64,000 bases of DNA from a virus. Of the stretch, positions 45,621 through 55,595 are shown in pieces (the stretch's first letter is position 1; each line of letters begins with the position of its first letter). The DNA lies in the IMG/VR virus record IMGVR_UViG_3300006737_000029, positions 1-64,000 of that record. One strand, given 5' to 3'. Made by a program: the position numbers and the translations under genes. Under the pieces are notes generated by a model. The model had not been told where the DNA came from, made no database searches, and saw nothing but the letters and a program-made list of their open reading frames with translations.

Positions 45621-48386
45621 ATGAAAGTATTAAGCGCAATGCAATTAAAGAATGGTGCTAAAGCAGAAGGGGCTCATGTTGCTGCATCATTAACTCAACC
45701 ACTACAATTTTTACCTGCTAAAGAAAAGGATGATCAGTGGGCTGCGTGGAATCTTGATTGGTTAGAAAAAAGAGGTCTTGATTATCTTAGAGATAATGCA
45801 AGAAAAGTTTTAAAAAATTATAAGTTAGCAAAAGGTATAATTGATAAAACAGATTACATCATTGAAGAAGATAATGATTATACACAATTAATTGATATTC
45901 TAACTAAAGAAGATGAGACTGCATTAGAACTTAAATTTTATCCTATTATACCAAATGTAATAAATGTTTTAGTTGGGGAATTCTCTAAAAGATATTCTAA
46001 AGTACAATTTAGAGCTGTTGATGATACATCTTACAATGAGATGTTAGAGCAAAAAAGATTACAGATTGAAGAAACATTACTATCTGATGCAAAAAGTAAG
46101 TTAATGTTAAGCATGATAAAACAAGGTGCTGATCCACAATCAGAAGAATTCCAACAAGCTACTGCACCAGAAACATTAAAATCATTACCAGAAATACAAG
46201 ACTTTTTCTCTAAAGACTATAGAAGTATGGTAGAAGAATGGGCACATCATCAGTTAAATGTTGATGAGGAAAGATTTAAAATGCAAGAACTTGAAGAAAG
46301 AGCATTTAGAGATATGCTTATTTGTGATAGAGAGTTTTGGCATTTTAAAATGATGGAAGATGATTATAGTGTTGAGTTATGGAACCCTGCTTTAACATTC
46401 TATCAAAAATCTCCTGACTCAAGATATATATCTGATTCTAACTTTGTTGGTAAATGTGATATGATGAGTGTTGCTGATGTTATAGACAACTTTGGATATT
46501 TAATGACTGCAGATCAACTTAAATCTTTAGAAAGATTATATCCTGCAGCAAATGCAATATATTTAGATAATGGACATCAAAATGATGGTTCATATTATGA
46601 TGCTACAAGATCACATGAATGGAATACACAAAGACCTGGATTAGCTTATAGAAAACTTATGAGTAATCATGACTACAATGCTAGCTCATATGGTGGAGAT
46701 ATTGTTCAAGCTATTCTACAAGAAGGAGATGATATAGGAAAATGGGGTGATTATAATATGATGCGTGTTACAACATGTTATTGGAAAACACAGAGAAAAG
46801 TAGGACACCTTACTAGAATTACAGCAGACGGTGATCTATCACAAGAGATAATTGATGAAGGATATAAGATTACTGATAAACCTGTTTATAATACAAAACT
46901 ATTTAAAGCTAAAACAAAAGAAAATTTAATTCAAGGTGAACACGTTGATTATTTTTGGATTAATGAAGTTTGGGGTGGTATTAAAATTGGACCTAATGCT
47001 CCATCATCATGGAGAAGTGATACAAATGAAGAATCTCCTATATATCTAGGTATAAATCAACAAAAGCCTGGTAGAATAGAATATCAGTTTAAAGGTGATG
47101 ATTCATTATATGGATGTAAACTCCCAGTTGAAGGAAGAGTGTTCTCTGATAGAAACACAAGATCAACTTCTCTAGTAGACCTTATGAAACCATATCAAAT
47201 TGGATACAATATGGTTAACAATCAAATAGCAGACATACTAGTAGATGAATTAGGTACTGTAATTATGTTTGATCAAAATGCATTACCACGGCATTCAATG
47301 GGTGAAGATTGGGGTAAGAATAATTTAGCAAAAGCATATGTAGCAATGAAGGACTTTGGTATGATGCCGTTAGATACTTCTATTACTAATACAGAAAATG
47401 CTACTAACTTTAATCATTACCAAACATTAAACTTAGAACAAACAAATAGATTAATGTCAAGAATTCAATTAGCAAATCACTTTAAGACACAAGCTTTTGA
47501 ATCAATTGGTATTAATCCACAACGTATGGGTGGCGCAATTGCACAACAAACTGCAACAGGTGTAACACAAGCAATGAATCAGTCATATGCACAGACTGAG
47601 ATGTATTTTACACAACACTCTGATCACCTAATGCCACGTGTTCATCAGATGAGAACAGATTTATCACAATATTATCATAGTACAAACCCTTCAATTAGAT
47701 TGAGTTATGTAACTACAGAGGCAGAAAAAGTTAATTTCCAGATAAATGGAACTAAGTTATTATTAAGAGATTTTAATGTATTCTGTACTACTAAGACTAA
47801 TCATAGACAAATATTAGAACAGTTGAAACAAATGGCTCTTACTAATAATACAACAGGAGCTTCAATCTATGATCTTGGTAATGTTATTAAAGCAACAAGT
47901 ATTGCTGAAGTTTCAGATGTACTTAAAGATGCTGAAGCTAAATCTCAACAACAACAGCAACAACAGCAGCAATCTCAACAGCAAATGGCTCAACAACAAC
48001 AAGAAGCTGCTGCTAAAGAAGCTGAAGCTCAAAGACAATTTGAATCTCAAGAGAAGGAAAAAGAGAGACAGAAAGATATTACTGTTGCTGAAATTAGATC
48101 TGCAGGCTATGGAGCTATGCAAGATATTAATGAAAATAAACAAAGTGATTATATAGATGCGCTTGATGACATCCGTAAAAGAGATGAGTATAGAGAGCAA
48201 ATGAATCTCAAAAGAGAACAAATAACAGAAAAAAGATCATATGACAAAGATAAGTTAGCAATTGATAGAGAAAAATTAGCTACTCAAAGATCAATTGCTG
48301 ATAAAAATCTTGCTATTGCAAGAGAAAATAAAAACAAATATGATGTTAAAACTGAGTCAAAATCTAATAAGAACAAGAAGAAATAA
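45621..48386 (+). CDS. portal protein
   Basis: 921 aa after TerL; YPIIPNVINVLVGE, SLVDLMKPYQ..YN, C-terminal Q/E-rich coiled coil as in crAss-like portals. Confidence 0.82.
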   Translation: MKVLSAMQLKNGAKAEGAHVAASLTQPLQFLPAKEKDDQWAAWNLDWLEKRGLDYLRDNARKVLKNYKLAKGIIDKTDYIIEEDNDYTQLIDILTKEDETALELKFYPIIPNVINVLVGEFSKRYSKVQFRAVDDTSYNEMLEQKRLQIEETLLSDAKSKLMLSMIKQGADPQSEEFQQATAPETLKSLPEIQDFFSKDYRSMVEEWAHHQLNVDEERFKMQELEERAFRDMLICDREFWHFKMMEDDYSVELWNPALTFYQKSPDSRYISDSNFVGKCDMMSVADVIDNFGYLMTADQLKSLERLYPAANAIYLDNGHQNDGSYYDATRSHEWNTQRPGLAYRKLMSNHDYNASSYGGDIVQAILQEGDDIGKWGDYNMMRVTTCYWKTQRKVGHLTRITADGDLSQEIIDEGYKITDKPVYNTKLFKAKTKENLIQGEHVDYFWINEVWGGIKIGPNAPSSWRSDTNEESPIYLGINQQKPGRIEYQFKGDDSLYGCKLPVEGRVFSDRNTRSTSLVDLMKPYQIGYNMVNNQIADILVDELGTVIMFDQNALPRHSMGEDWGKNNLAKAYVAMKDFGMMPLDTSITNTENATNFNHYQTLNLEQTNRLMSRIQLANHFKTQAFESIGINPQRMGGAIAQQTATGVTQAMNQSYAQTEMYFTQHSDHLMPRVHQMRTDLSQYYHSTNPSIRLSYVTTEAEKVNFQINGTKLLLRDFNVFCTTKTNHRQILEQLKQMALTNNTTGASIYDLGNVIKATSIAEVSDVLKDAEAKSQQQQQQQQQSQQQMAQQQQEAAAKEAEAQRQFESQEKEKERQKDITVAEIRSAGYGAMQDINENKQSDYIDALDDIRKRDEYREQMNLKREQITEKRSYDKDKLAIDREKLATQRSIADKNLAIARENKNKYDVKTESKSNKNKKK

Positions 48387-48458
48387 TATACTTAGCTATA
48401 TACTACAAAAAACTTTACCTAAATTAAAAATTTTTAAGGTTTAATAATAAAAACTTTT

Positions 48459-48467
48459 GTATATTAT
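48459..48467 (+). promoter_or_regulatory. GTATATTA motif
   Basis: ttttGTATATTATat upstream of 48508. Confidence 0.55.
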
Positions 48468-48507
48468 ATATGTAATAACCAAGAAGTTTAACTAAAACCA
48501 ATATAAT

Positions 48508-49842
48508 ATGTCAGATAAAATGCAACAAACAACGACAGTTCAAGAAGTAGATGTTAACCTAGATGAGATCTTTAATGGAGCTCCTGGGGCAGGATCTGTT
48601 GTTACTCCTGAAAAGGAAACTAAAAAACCAAATGTATTCTCAAAACCAGATAATGTAGATTTATCATTTTTAGATGATGGTAGCATTAACAACCCAACAG
48701 AAGAAGAGAGCAAACAAGATGGAGAAGAGGTTAATGCTTCTTCAACTGAAAATACTACAGCTGATTCACCAGAAGTTACAGAAACACCAAAAGCAGCTGA
48801 GGGAGGAGATACAGCTGGAACTGAAACAGTTTCAAAAGATGAAGTAGATGAAATACTTAATGAAGGTTTAGATTTAGCTGAATCAGAAGATGAAAAATCT
48901 ACTGCAAAAGGTAGAAAGAGAATTAATGATATGGCTGATGTCTTCAAAAAAATGATTGAAAATGAAGAAATCATTCCGTTTGATGATGATAAAGACTTAG
49001 ATGATTATTCTGCTAAAGACTGGAAAGAACTTATTCAAGCTAACATGAGTGAAAGAGCTAATAAAGTTAGAAGAGAAACTCCAAAGCAGTTCTTTAACAG
49101 TTTACCACAAGAATTACAAGTAGCTGCAAAATATGTAGCAGATGGTGGTACAGATTTAAAAGGTTTGTTTGGTGCACTAGCACAAACAGAAGAAGTAAGG
49201 TCACTTTCATTATCAGATGAAGATGGACAAGCTCACATTATAAGAGAATATTTAACTGCTACAGGATATGGTAGTCCAGAAGATATTCAAGAAGAAATAG
49301 AAATTTGGAAAGATTTAGGTAAACTTGAAAAGCAAGCATCTAAGTTTAAACCAAAATTAGATAAGATGCAAGAGCAAGTTGTTGCAAGAAAATTACAACA
49401 ACAAGAACAAATGAAAGCTCAACAACAAAAAGCATCAGAAAATTATATGGCTAATGTGTATCATACGCTAAAAGATGGTAAAGTAGGAGACATGAAGGTA
49501 AATAAGAAAACACAATCTCTATTATATAATGGACTTGTTAATCCTTCATACCCATCTATTAATGGTCAAAATACAAACTTATTAGGACACTTGTTAGAAA
49601 AGTATCAATTTGTTGAACCAAACTATAACCTTGTTACTGAGGCACTATGGTTATTAGCTGATCCAAAAGGATACAAATCACAATTGATGACAAAAGGTAC
49701 TAACAAAGCAGTTGAACAAACAGTTAGAAAATTAAAAACTGCACAGTCAACTAAAACTGCAAGTACAGGAGGAGTAGCTGAAACAAAAGCTTCAAGAAAA
49801 AGAACTCTACCAAGAAATCCTAATATATTTAAAAGATTTTAA
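48508..49842 (+). CDS. putative capsid scaffolding/assembly protein
   Basis: Acidic disordered N-terminus and helical body; lies between portal and MCP. Confidence 0.65.
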   Translation: MSDKMQQTTTVQEVDVNLDEIFNGAPGAGSVVTPEKETKKPNVFSKPDNVDLSFLDDGSINNPTEEESKQDGEEVNASSTENTTADSPEVTETPKAAEGGDTAGTETVSKDEVDEILNEGLDLAESEDEKSTAKGRKRINDMADVFKKMIENEEIIPFDDDKDLDDYSAKDWKELIQANMSERANKVRRETPKQFFNSLPQELQVAAKYVADGGTDLKGLFGALAQTEEVRSLSLSDEDGQAHIIREYLTATGYGSPEDIQEEIEIWKDLGKLEKQASKFKPKLDKMQEQVVARKLQQQEQMKAQQQKASENYMANVYHTLKDGKVGDMKVNKKTQSLLYNGLVNPSYPSINGQNTNLLGHLLEKYQFVEPNYNLVTEALWLLADPKGYKSQLMTKGTNKAVEQTVRKLKTAQSTKTASTGGVAETKASRKRTLPRNPNIFKRF

Positions 49843-49887
49843 AAACTGAAACTATAACAATAATTATTAATTAAAAAAAGTGAAAAA

Positions 49888-51516
49888 ATGGCAACACCGG
49901 TTTTAAACAACGGTCTCTTTTTAAGAGACACCTCATACTCGGCTAGTTCACATATTGATTCATATCACTTAACACAAATGCTTGGTGACGCAGAGCCAAT
50001 GGACATGGGTCCAGTGGAACTGTGGGCAATGACGCAAAAGGTAGAAATGCCTTTGTATCAGATGGCATCGTTTGGTGGTAAGAACACAATTATGGTTGAC
50101 AATGCAAGAGGAGAGTACAAATGGCAGACTCCAATTTCAGAATCTTTACCAATGTCCCTAGGGAACTTGGCAGAGACTGCAAATGGAGCAGGTGCTGATG
50201 GTACACCTTTCAAGATCAGATTATCTAAAAGAGAATTTGGTCATGGAGACATCATTACCTATGACAAGTACAATGGTCTTGAATTCTACATTACTGCAGA
50301 TGACATCGTTCCTGTAGGAGATGGATGGGTTTATACTTGTACTTTAGTAAATAACGCTTCTGGCACAGGAATTGATGTTAAATATCTTGCTGCTGGAACT
50401 AAGTTCTTCAGAAAAGGTTCTGCAAGAGGTGAATATGGAGAAAGATTCTCTGATATTTCAACTGGAGCAGGGTTCAGAGAATTCTACAACTTTGTTGGAG
50501 GAGCTGAAGCACACGTACACTATTCAGTTTCATCACGTGCTGATCTTATGATCAAAGGTGGAATGAATGCTGATGGTACTGTACCTGTAACTGAGATTTG
50601 GAGAAACTTTGACAAGAACATTGATCCTTCTTTAGATTCTATTGAGTCTATTGCTGGTGCAATGGGTAAAGACTATGTTAAAAAAGCATTTGATAATGGT
50701 TCTCTTTCTAGAACGTTCTTAACGTCTCTTGAAGCAGCACACCTTACTAAAATTGCTAATGACATTGAGTGTTACTTAATGTGGGGTCATGGTGGTAGAG
50801 TTAAGCAAGATGGACCGGATGATATTAGATTATCAGTTGGTTTATGGAAGCAATTAGATAACTCTTTCAAACGTGTATACAACAAGTCAGCATTTAGCTT
50901 AGATATGTTCAAGAATGAACTTTACAACTTCTACGCTGGAAAAGTTGAATTTGATGGTCCAGATCCAAAGAGACAATTAATTGTTCAAACTGGAATTGGA
51001 GGTATGCAGTTAGTAAATGCAGCTATTAGCGCTGAAGTAAATGGCGTTTCTGGTAATAACGGAATGGTAACAAATCTTGATAACATTGGTGCAATCACTG
51101 GAAAGGGAATGGACTTAGGTTACGGATTTGCTTACACAAGTTTTGTTATACCGTTCTTAGCAAACGTTAAGTTTGTATTGAACCCAGCATTTGATAACTT
51201 ACATACTAATGACATTGAGAATCCATTAGTAGATGGTCGTCCATTATCTTCTTACAGCTTCATCATCTTTGATGTAACTGATGAAGGAAATGACAACATT
51301 TACTTATTGAAACTTTCTTGGGATAATGCTCTTAAGTGGTTCTACCAAAATGGTACTATGGACTACATGGGAAGATCACAAGGATTTGCTTCTTCAGGAC
51401 ACTTCAATGGTTATCGTGTAATGATGACTCAAACCATGCCGGCTGTATGGGTTAAGGACCCAACTAAGGTACTTAAGATAGTTATGAGAAACCCAGTTAC
51501 TGGAGGATCATTCTAA
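49888..51516 (+). CDS. major capsid protein
   Basis: 542 aa; position in the module; highly-expressed-type codon usage (ttc/tac/aac); strong terminator after; EYKW, YLMWG..G, G.WKQL, VQTGIGG. Confidence 0.8.
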   Translation: MATPVLNNGLFLRDTSYSASSHIDSYHLTQMLGDAEPMDMGPVELWAMTQKVEMPLYQMASFGGKNTIMVDNARGEYKWQTPISESLPMSLGNLAETANGAGADGTPFKIRLSKREFGHGDIITYDKYNGLEFYITADDIVPVGDGWVYTCTLVNNASGTGIDVKYLAAGTKFFRKGSARGEYGERFSDISTGAGFREFYNFVGGAEAHVHYSVSSRADLMIKGGMNADGTVPVTEIWRNFDKNIDPSLDSIESIAGAMGKDYVKKAFDNGSLSRTFLTSLEAAHLTKIANDIECYLMWGHGGRVKQDGPDDIRLSVGLWKQLDNSFKRVYNKSAFSLDMFKNELYNFYAGKVEFDGPDPKRQLIVQTGIGGMQLVNAAISAEVNGVSGNNGMVTNLDNIGAITGKGMDLGYGFAYTSFVIPFLANVKFVLNPAFDNLHTNDIENPLVDGRPLSSYSFIIFDVTDEGNDNIYLLKLSWDNALKWFYQNGTMDYMGRSQGFASSGHFNGYRVMMTQTMPAVWVKDPTKVLKIVMRNPVTGGSF

Positions 51517-51532
51517 TCTTAATTAACAATAT

Positions 51533-51572
51533 GAAAGAAGGGGGAGCCTAGTGCTCCTCCCACTTTCTTTTT
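51533..51572 (+). terminator. intrinsic terminator
   Basis: ggggagc-ctagt-gctcctcc hairpin plus T tract. Confidence 0.75.
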
Positions 51573-51607
51573 AAACCAAAACTGTAATAACCAATAAAAA
51601 TTTAAAA

Positions 51608-52621
51608 ATGGAAAACATAACAATTTTAGAAAAAACTGATGCTGTAAAAGATAGTGCAATTGCTATCCGTGCATATTTTAATCCTTCAAATGATAATATG
51701 GGATTAGAAAAATATAACATGTCACTACATGAAGGAGCTTATCATAGTGAAAGTATTGCATGTTTAGAAAGAAATGGAATTAAAAGATATATAACAGGAT
51801 TAAATGAGTTTGCTCCTGAAATAAAGTCATTACCTGCTGATCAAAAGAAAGCTAAGGTAAGACAAATTAGAGAAAACGTTATAGAACTTGAAAAAGAATT
51901 AGCATCTAATGTTATTGATATTGATGATAAAGACTTTTGGAGTAAAGTTCAAGTAGTTAGACCTGATAATGATGCATTTTGGAATAAGATAGTTATAAAA
52001 GTAGGAAATGATCCTGTATATCTTGACCCAAAAGTTGATGCATATGATAGAATTAAACTATTAGCTATTGAAGCTGGTGGTTTTTCTTTAGTTGCTGATA
52101 GTTTAGCTGCTGCTAAAACTACTGGTAAATATAAGTTTTACTTAGATAAAGTTATTGAAACTGCAGGTACAAGAACTAAAAATGCTAAAATTAGAAATAA
52201 AGCTCTTGGTATATTAAGTGATCTCTATGATGAAGATAAAACTAGACTTATGCATGTTGTTAAAATACTAACTTTTAATAGTGCACAGTATACTCATAGT
52301 ACACCGCTTGATGTATTATATGAAGATGCTGATGGTTATATAAATGGTGAGGGAAGAGAATCAGATGTATCAAAAGCTTCAAAGAATTTTATAGATGCTT
52401 CTAAACTTAGCTCTGAGGATTTACATGTACACTCAATGATTAAAGATGCTTTAGCATTTAACATGCTAACAACTAAATCTGATGGATATATCTATGAGAA
52501 GAAGTCAAGTAGTAAAATTGCTACAACAAGAGAAGGTGTTGCTGAGTATCTTAAGAATCCAGCAAATGATGAAATGTTAATGGGAATTAAAGCAGAAGTT
52601 GAATCAATGTTAAATAATTAA
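51608..52621 (+). CDS. conserved capsid-module protein
   Basis: 337 aa directly after MCP, as in crAss-like gene order. Confidence 0.6.
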   Translation: MENITILEKTDAVKDSAIAIRAYFNPSNDNMGLEKYNMSLHEGAYHSESIACLERNGIKRYITGLNEFAPEIKSLPADQKKAKVRQIRENVIELEKELASNVIDIDDKDFWSKVQVVRPDNDAFWNKIVIKVGNDPVYLDPKVDAYDRIKLLAIEAGGFSLVADSLAAAKTTGKYKFYLDKVIETAGTRTKNAKIRNKALGILSDLYDEDKTRLMHVVKILTFNSAQYTHSTPLDVLYEDADGYINGEGRESDVSKASKNFIDASKLSSEDLHVHSMIKDALAFNMLTTKSDGYIYEKKSSSKIATTREGVAEYLKNPANDEMLMGIKAEVESMLNN

Positions 52622-52623
52622 CA

Positions 52624-53328
52624 ATGAATAATACTACACTACAAATAAAATTTAGACAAAGACTAAACAAGCTTGCCAGCAATGACTATGATAACATAGA
52701 GTGTTGGCAAATTGTTGAATCTTTTAATAAAGCACAAATTGAGTGGTGTAGAAGACAACTTCATGGTTCTAATCCAACAAGAACGTCTGATGAACAAACT
52801 AAAAGACGTATTGATGACTTACAGATATTATTAACAACACAACCAATTACAGGTTCAATGCAAAATGAGTATTTTTTGGGAACAAATTTTCCAAACAATT
52901 ACATGGAGTATAAAAGGGTTGATACAGATGCAACAACAGAATGTTGCAAAAAAGATCCTAGATCAATGACTGTCTACTTAGCTGAAGAAGCAAATGTAGA
53001 TTTGATCATGAGAGATCCTTTAAAAAGACCTGATTTTGAATGGGGTGAAACTTTTTGTACGTTAGCAAATAATACAATAAGGATTTATAAAAGAGAATTT
53101 GATGTTGTTAATCCTAGAATTACCTTTTATAGAAAACCTAGAAATATTGAAATAGAAGGATGTTCTGACCCATATACTAATAATATTTCAGCAGCAGACA
53201 TTGAATCTGAATTCAAAGATGATATTGTTGAAGTAATAATAGATGAAGCTTGTGCAATTATAGCAGGAGATATAAATGATGCTAATAATTATATAAGAGG
53301 GCCACAACAAGCAGAGAAAAATAATTAA
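52624..53328 (+). CDS. head-tail adaptor/ring protein
   Basis: FNKAQ.EW, RRIDDLQ.LL, FYRKP, E.IIDEA pattern of crAss-like ring proteins. Confidence 0.65.
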   Translation: MNNTTLQIKFRQRLNKLASNDYDNIECWQIVESFNKAQIEWCRRQLHGSNPTRTSDEQTKRRIDDLQILLTTQPITGSMQNEYFLGTNFPNNYMEYKRVDTDATTECCKKDPRSMTVYLAEEANVDLIMRDPLKRPDFEWGETFCTLANNTIRIYKREFDVVNPRITFYRKPRNIEIEGCSDPYTNNISAADIESEFKDDIVEVIIDEACAIIAGDINDANNYIRGPQQAEKNN

Positions 53329-53348
53329 TAACTTAAAAATTAGAAACT

Positions 53349-53441
53349 ATGCCATACGGAAAAGGTACATACGGATCAAAGGTTGGAAGACCTCCTAAGA
53401 AGAAAAAAAAGAAAAAAACTACTAAAAAGAAAAAAAAGTAG
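53349..53441 (+). CDS. tiny basic peptide (30 aa)
   Basis: Not in track; MPYGKGTYGSKVGRPPKKKKKKKTTKKKKK. Confidence 0.65.
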   Translation: MPYGKGTYGSKVGRPPKKKKKKKTTKKKKK

Positions 53442-53559
53442 TATATTAATATAGAAGGGATAAGAGTTCAGGTTTGGGTACTTTTATCTTGGATTTAACA
53501 AACCCATTCTTTTTGTAATTAAAAAAAGCCCTCTGAATACATAAGGAGGCACTATAAAA

Positions 53560-54753
53560 ATGGCGTATTTTAATCATGCTTATGTTAAGGCTGCTGTAAT
53601 TAGCACCACAGAAGCAACAAAAGATGTAGCTACCAAAGATTTAGCAAAAGGCGAGTTAGGTCTAGTAGATGCTGCAGATTATCAAACAGTAGTTTTTCCT
53701 ACTGCAAATGATTCTCAAGTACCATCTGAGTACCTATTAGTATTTGGTAACTACAATCAAACAGACACACTTGGTAATAACCCTGCAAGAGGAGGTTATG
53801 CTGAGTCAATTAAAACAAAAATGATCAAACCAGCTTATGTTAACTCTCTTTGGAAACAAGATTGTGTAGTTGGTGCTGCTCAAACTATTGAAATTGTAAT
53901 TCCTGATGGATGTTTCAAATGTGATGGTTCTACAGTTGATCAAAATCAATTAAGAATTGATCTTAAAGGTGATGCGGTATTACGTTACTTAAACAGATTT
54001 TCTTATGTTACTTTAGACTACAGAGAGTGCTGTGCAAGTGGTACTGATGTTCCTGGAGCTGATGTTGTAGCTGCATGGGTAACTAGAATCAATGAAGATC
54101 CTTTATTAAATCCATTCATTACTGCAACTGCTGCAGCATCTGGTGGTACTAATAAAAAGTTAGTATTAACTGTTGATTATACTGCAACTTTCTTTGATAA
54201 CTGTTCTTATGACACTAGAGACTGGTACGGAACTGCTCCGTTAAAAGTAATTGTTTCTCCAGTTGATGATGCTGGTGATCCTTGTACTAGTACATGTATG
54301 ACTGCTACAGATGGAGGTGGTCAAGCTGTTACTGCTTTTGGTAAAAATGCTGCAATTGCAGTTACTACTAAATCTGAAACTACAGGTGAAACTGTTATTG
54401 AAGAAATCATTCTTGAAGGTAGATACAGACAAGATGGTGGTTGGAATCAAGGTAATAAAGATTCTGCTAGAATGAGAGACATTCAGCATGGAGATGCATT
54501 ACTTGGTTGTGGTACTGGTGCAGTAGATAGAACAGCATTCTATGCTTGTTATTACTTACAACACTCAGTTCCTAGATTTAACAATCCAACTGGAGTATTT
54601 GATAATGATCAATACATGTATAAGTTCTATGTACCTTGTACAACTACTAATGAAAAAGGTGAGGCTGTAACAAATCCTGAATTAGCAAAAATGGACTTCT
54701 TATGGAATTCATTAGCTAACAAGTCTGGATTAACTGTTACTGATTACGTATAG
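53560..54753 (+). CDS. abundant structural protein (auxiliary capsid-like)
   Basis: 397 aa, own GTATATTA motif (53441) and terminator; beta-rich and Cys-rich. Confidence 0.55.
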   Translation: MAYFNHAYVKAAVISTTEATKDVATKDLAKGELGLVDAADYQTVVFPTANDSQVPSEYLLVFGNYNQTDTLGNNPARGGYAESIKTKMIKPAYVNSLWKQDCVVGAAQTIEIVIPDGCFKCDGSTVDQNQLRIDLKGDAVLRYLNRFSYVTLDYRECCASGTDVPGADVVAAWVTRINEDPLLNPFITATAAASGGTNKKLVLTVDYTATFFDNCSYDTRDWYGTAPLKVIVSPVDDAGDPCTSTCMTATDGGGQAVTAFGKNAAIAVTTKSETTGETVIEEIILEGRYRQDGGWNQGNKDSARMRDIQHGDALLGCGTGAVDRTAFYACYYLQHSVPRFNNPTGVFDNDQYMYKFYVPCTTTNEKGEAVTNPELAKMDFLWNSLANKSGLTVTDYV

Positions 54754-54778
54754 TAGTTAATTAGTTTATATACTAAAG

Positions 54779-54812
54779 AAAGAGTGAGGGTAAATTCTCA
54801 CTCTTTTTTTTT
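54779..54812 (+). terminator. intrinsic terminator
   Basis: aagagtgag-ggtaaatt-ctcactctt plus T tract. Confidence 0.85.
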
Positions 54813-54880
54813 CCTTTTTATTAATATATTTTGTATATTATTAATAGATACTATATTATAATAAGGACTAAAATAATACT

Positions 54881-55426
54881 ATGGCTGCCAAACATATACT
54901 AAGCTTAGAAGTTTTACCTGTATCAAACACAGAAGTATTTAGTGTTAAAGATACAAGCACATATGCAAAAAATTTAAAAATAAGCTGCCCAGAATTGCTA
55001 ATAACAGTTCCAGGATTTAATCAACCAGCGTTAATTAAAGTTACTGAAAATTTTGATCTTACAATAAATGCTTGTGCATTAAATGTGCAAACAACAAATT
55101 GTAATAGCTCACGTGTTATGATTCCTGATGGTTTGTATATAATCAGGTATCAAGTTAGTCCTCATGATAAAGCCTATGTAGAATACAATCACTTAAGGGT
55201 TACCAATTTAATGAAGCAATATTATGATAAATTATGCCAATTAGACCTTGCTCCATGCGTACCAACTTCAGAAAGAAAAAGATTATTAAGTGATCTTAAT
55301 GACATTAGAATGTATATTGATGCAGCAGTAGCAAAAGTTGAATATGCAGCAAACCCAAATGCTGGATTAGAATTGTTTAACTTTGCTAAAAAATTATTAA
55401 GTAAAATTACTTGCCCTACATGTTAA
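54881..55426 (+). CDS. putative structural protein
   Basis: IPDGLYIIRYQV motif, Cys-rich; GTATATTA at 54833. Confidence 0.6.
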   Translation: MAAKHILSLEVLPVSNTEVFSVKDTSTYAKNLKISCPELLITVPGFNQPALIKVTENFDLTINACALNVQTTNCNSSRVMIPDGLYIIRYQVSPHDKAYVEYNHLRVTNLMKQYYDKLCQLDLAPCVPTSERKRLLSDLNDIRMYIDAAVAKVEYAANPNAGLELFNFAKKLLSKITCPTC

Positions 55427-55452
55427 ACCAATAACCAATAAACTATAAAATT

Positions 55453-55593
55453 ATGGCACAAACTTGTTCACATTGTAAAAGACAAATAGGATGCGGATGT
55501 CAACAAACAACCGCAAGTGATAAGAAAATTGTATGCAAAACGTGTAAATCAGCATATGAAGCTGCACTTGCTGCAGGATTAGTTAAAAAATAA
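55453..55593 (+). CDS. Cys-rich mini-protein (46 aa)
   Basis: Not in track; MAQTCSHCKRQIGCGCQ...VCKTC... Confidence 0.6.
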   Translation: MAQTCSHCKRQIGCGCQQTTASDKKIVCKTCKSAYEAALAAGLVKK

Positions 55594-55595
55594 AG

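Noticed and set aside
47869-48221. Overlapping ORFs 47869-48156 (+) and 47913-48221 (-), and the CAA/CAG repeat
   Set aside because: By-products of the poly-Gln coiled coil in the portal gene
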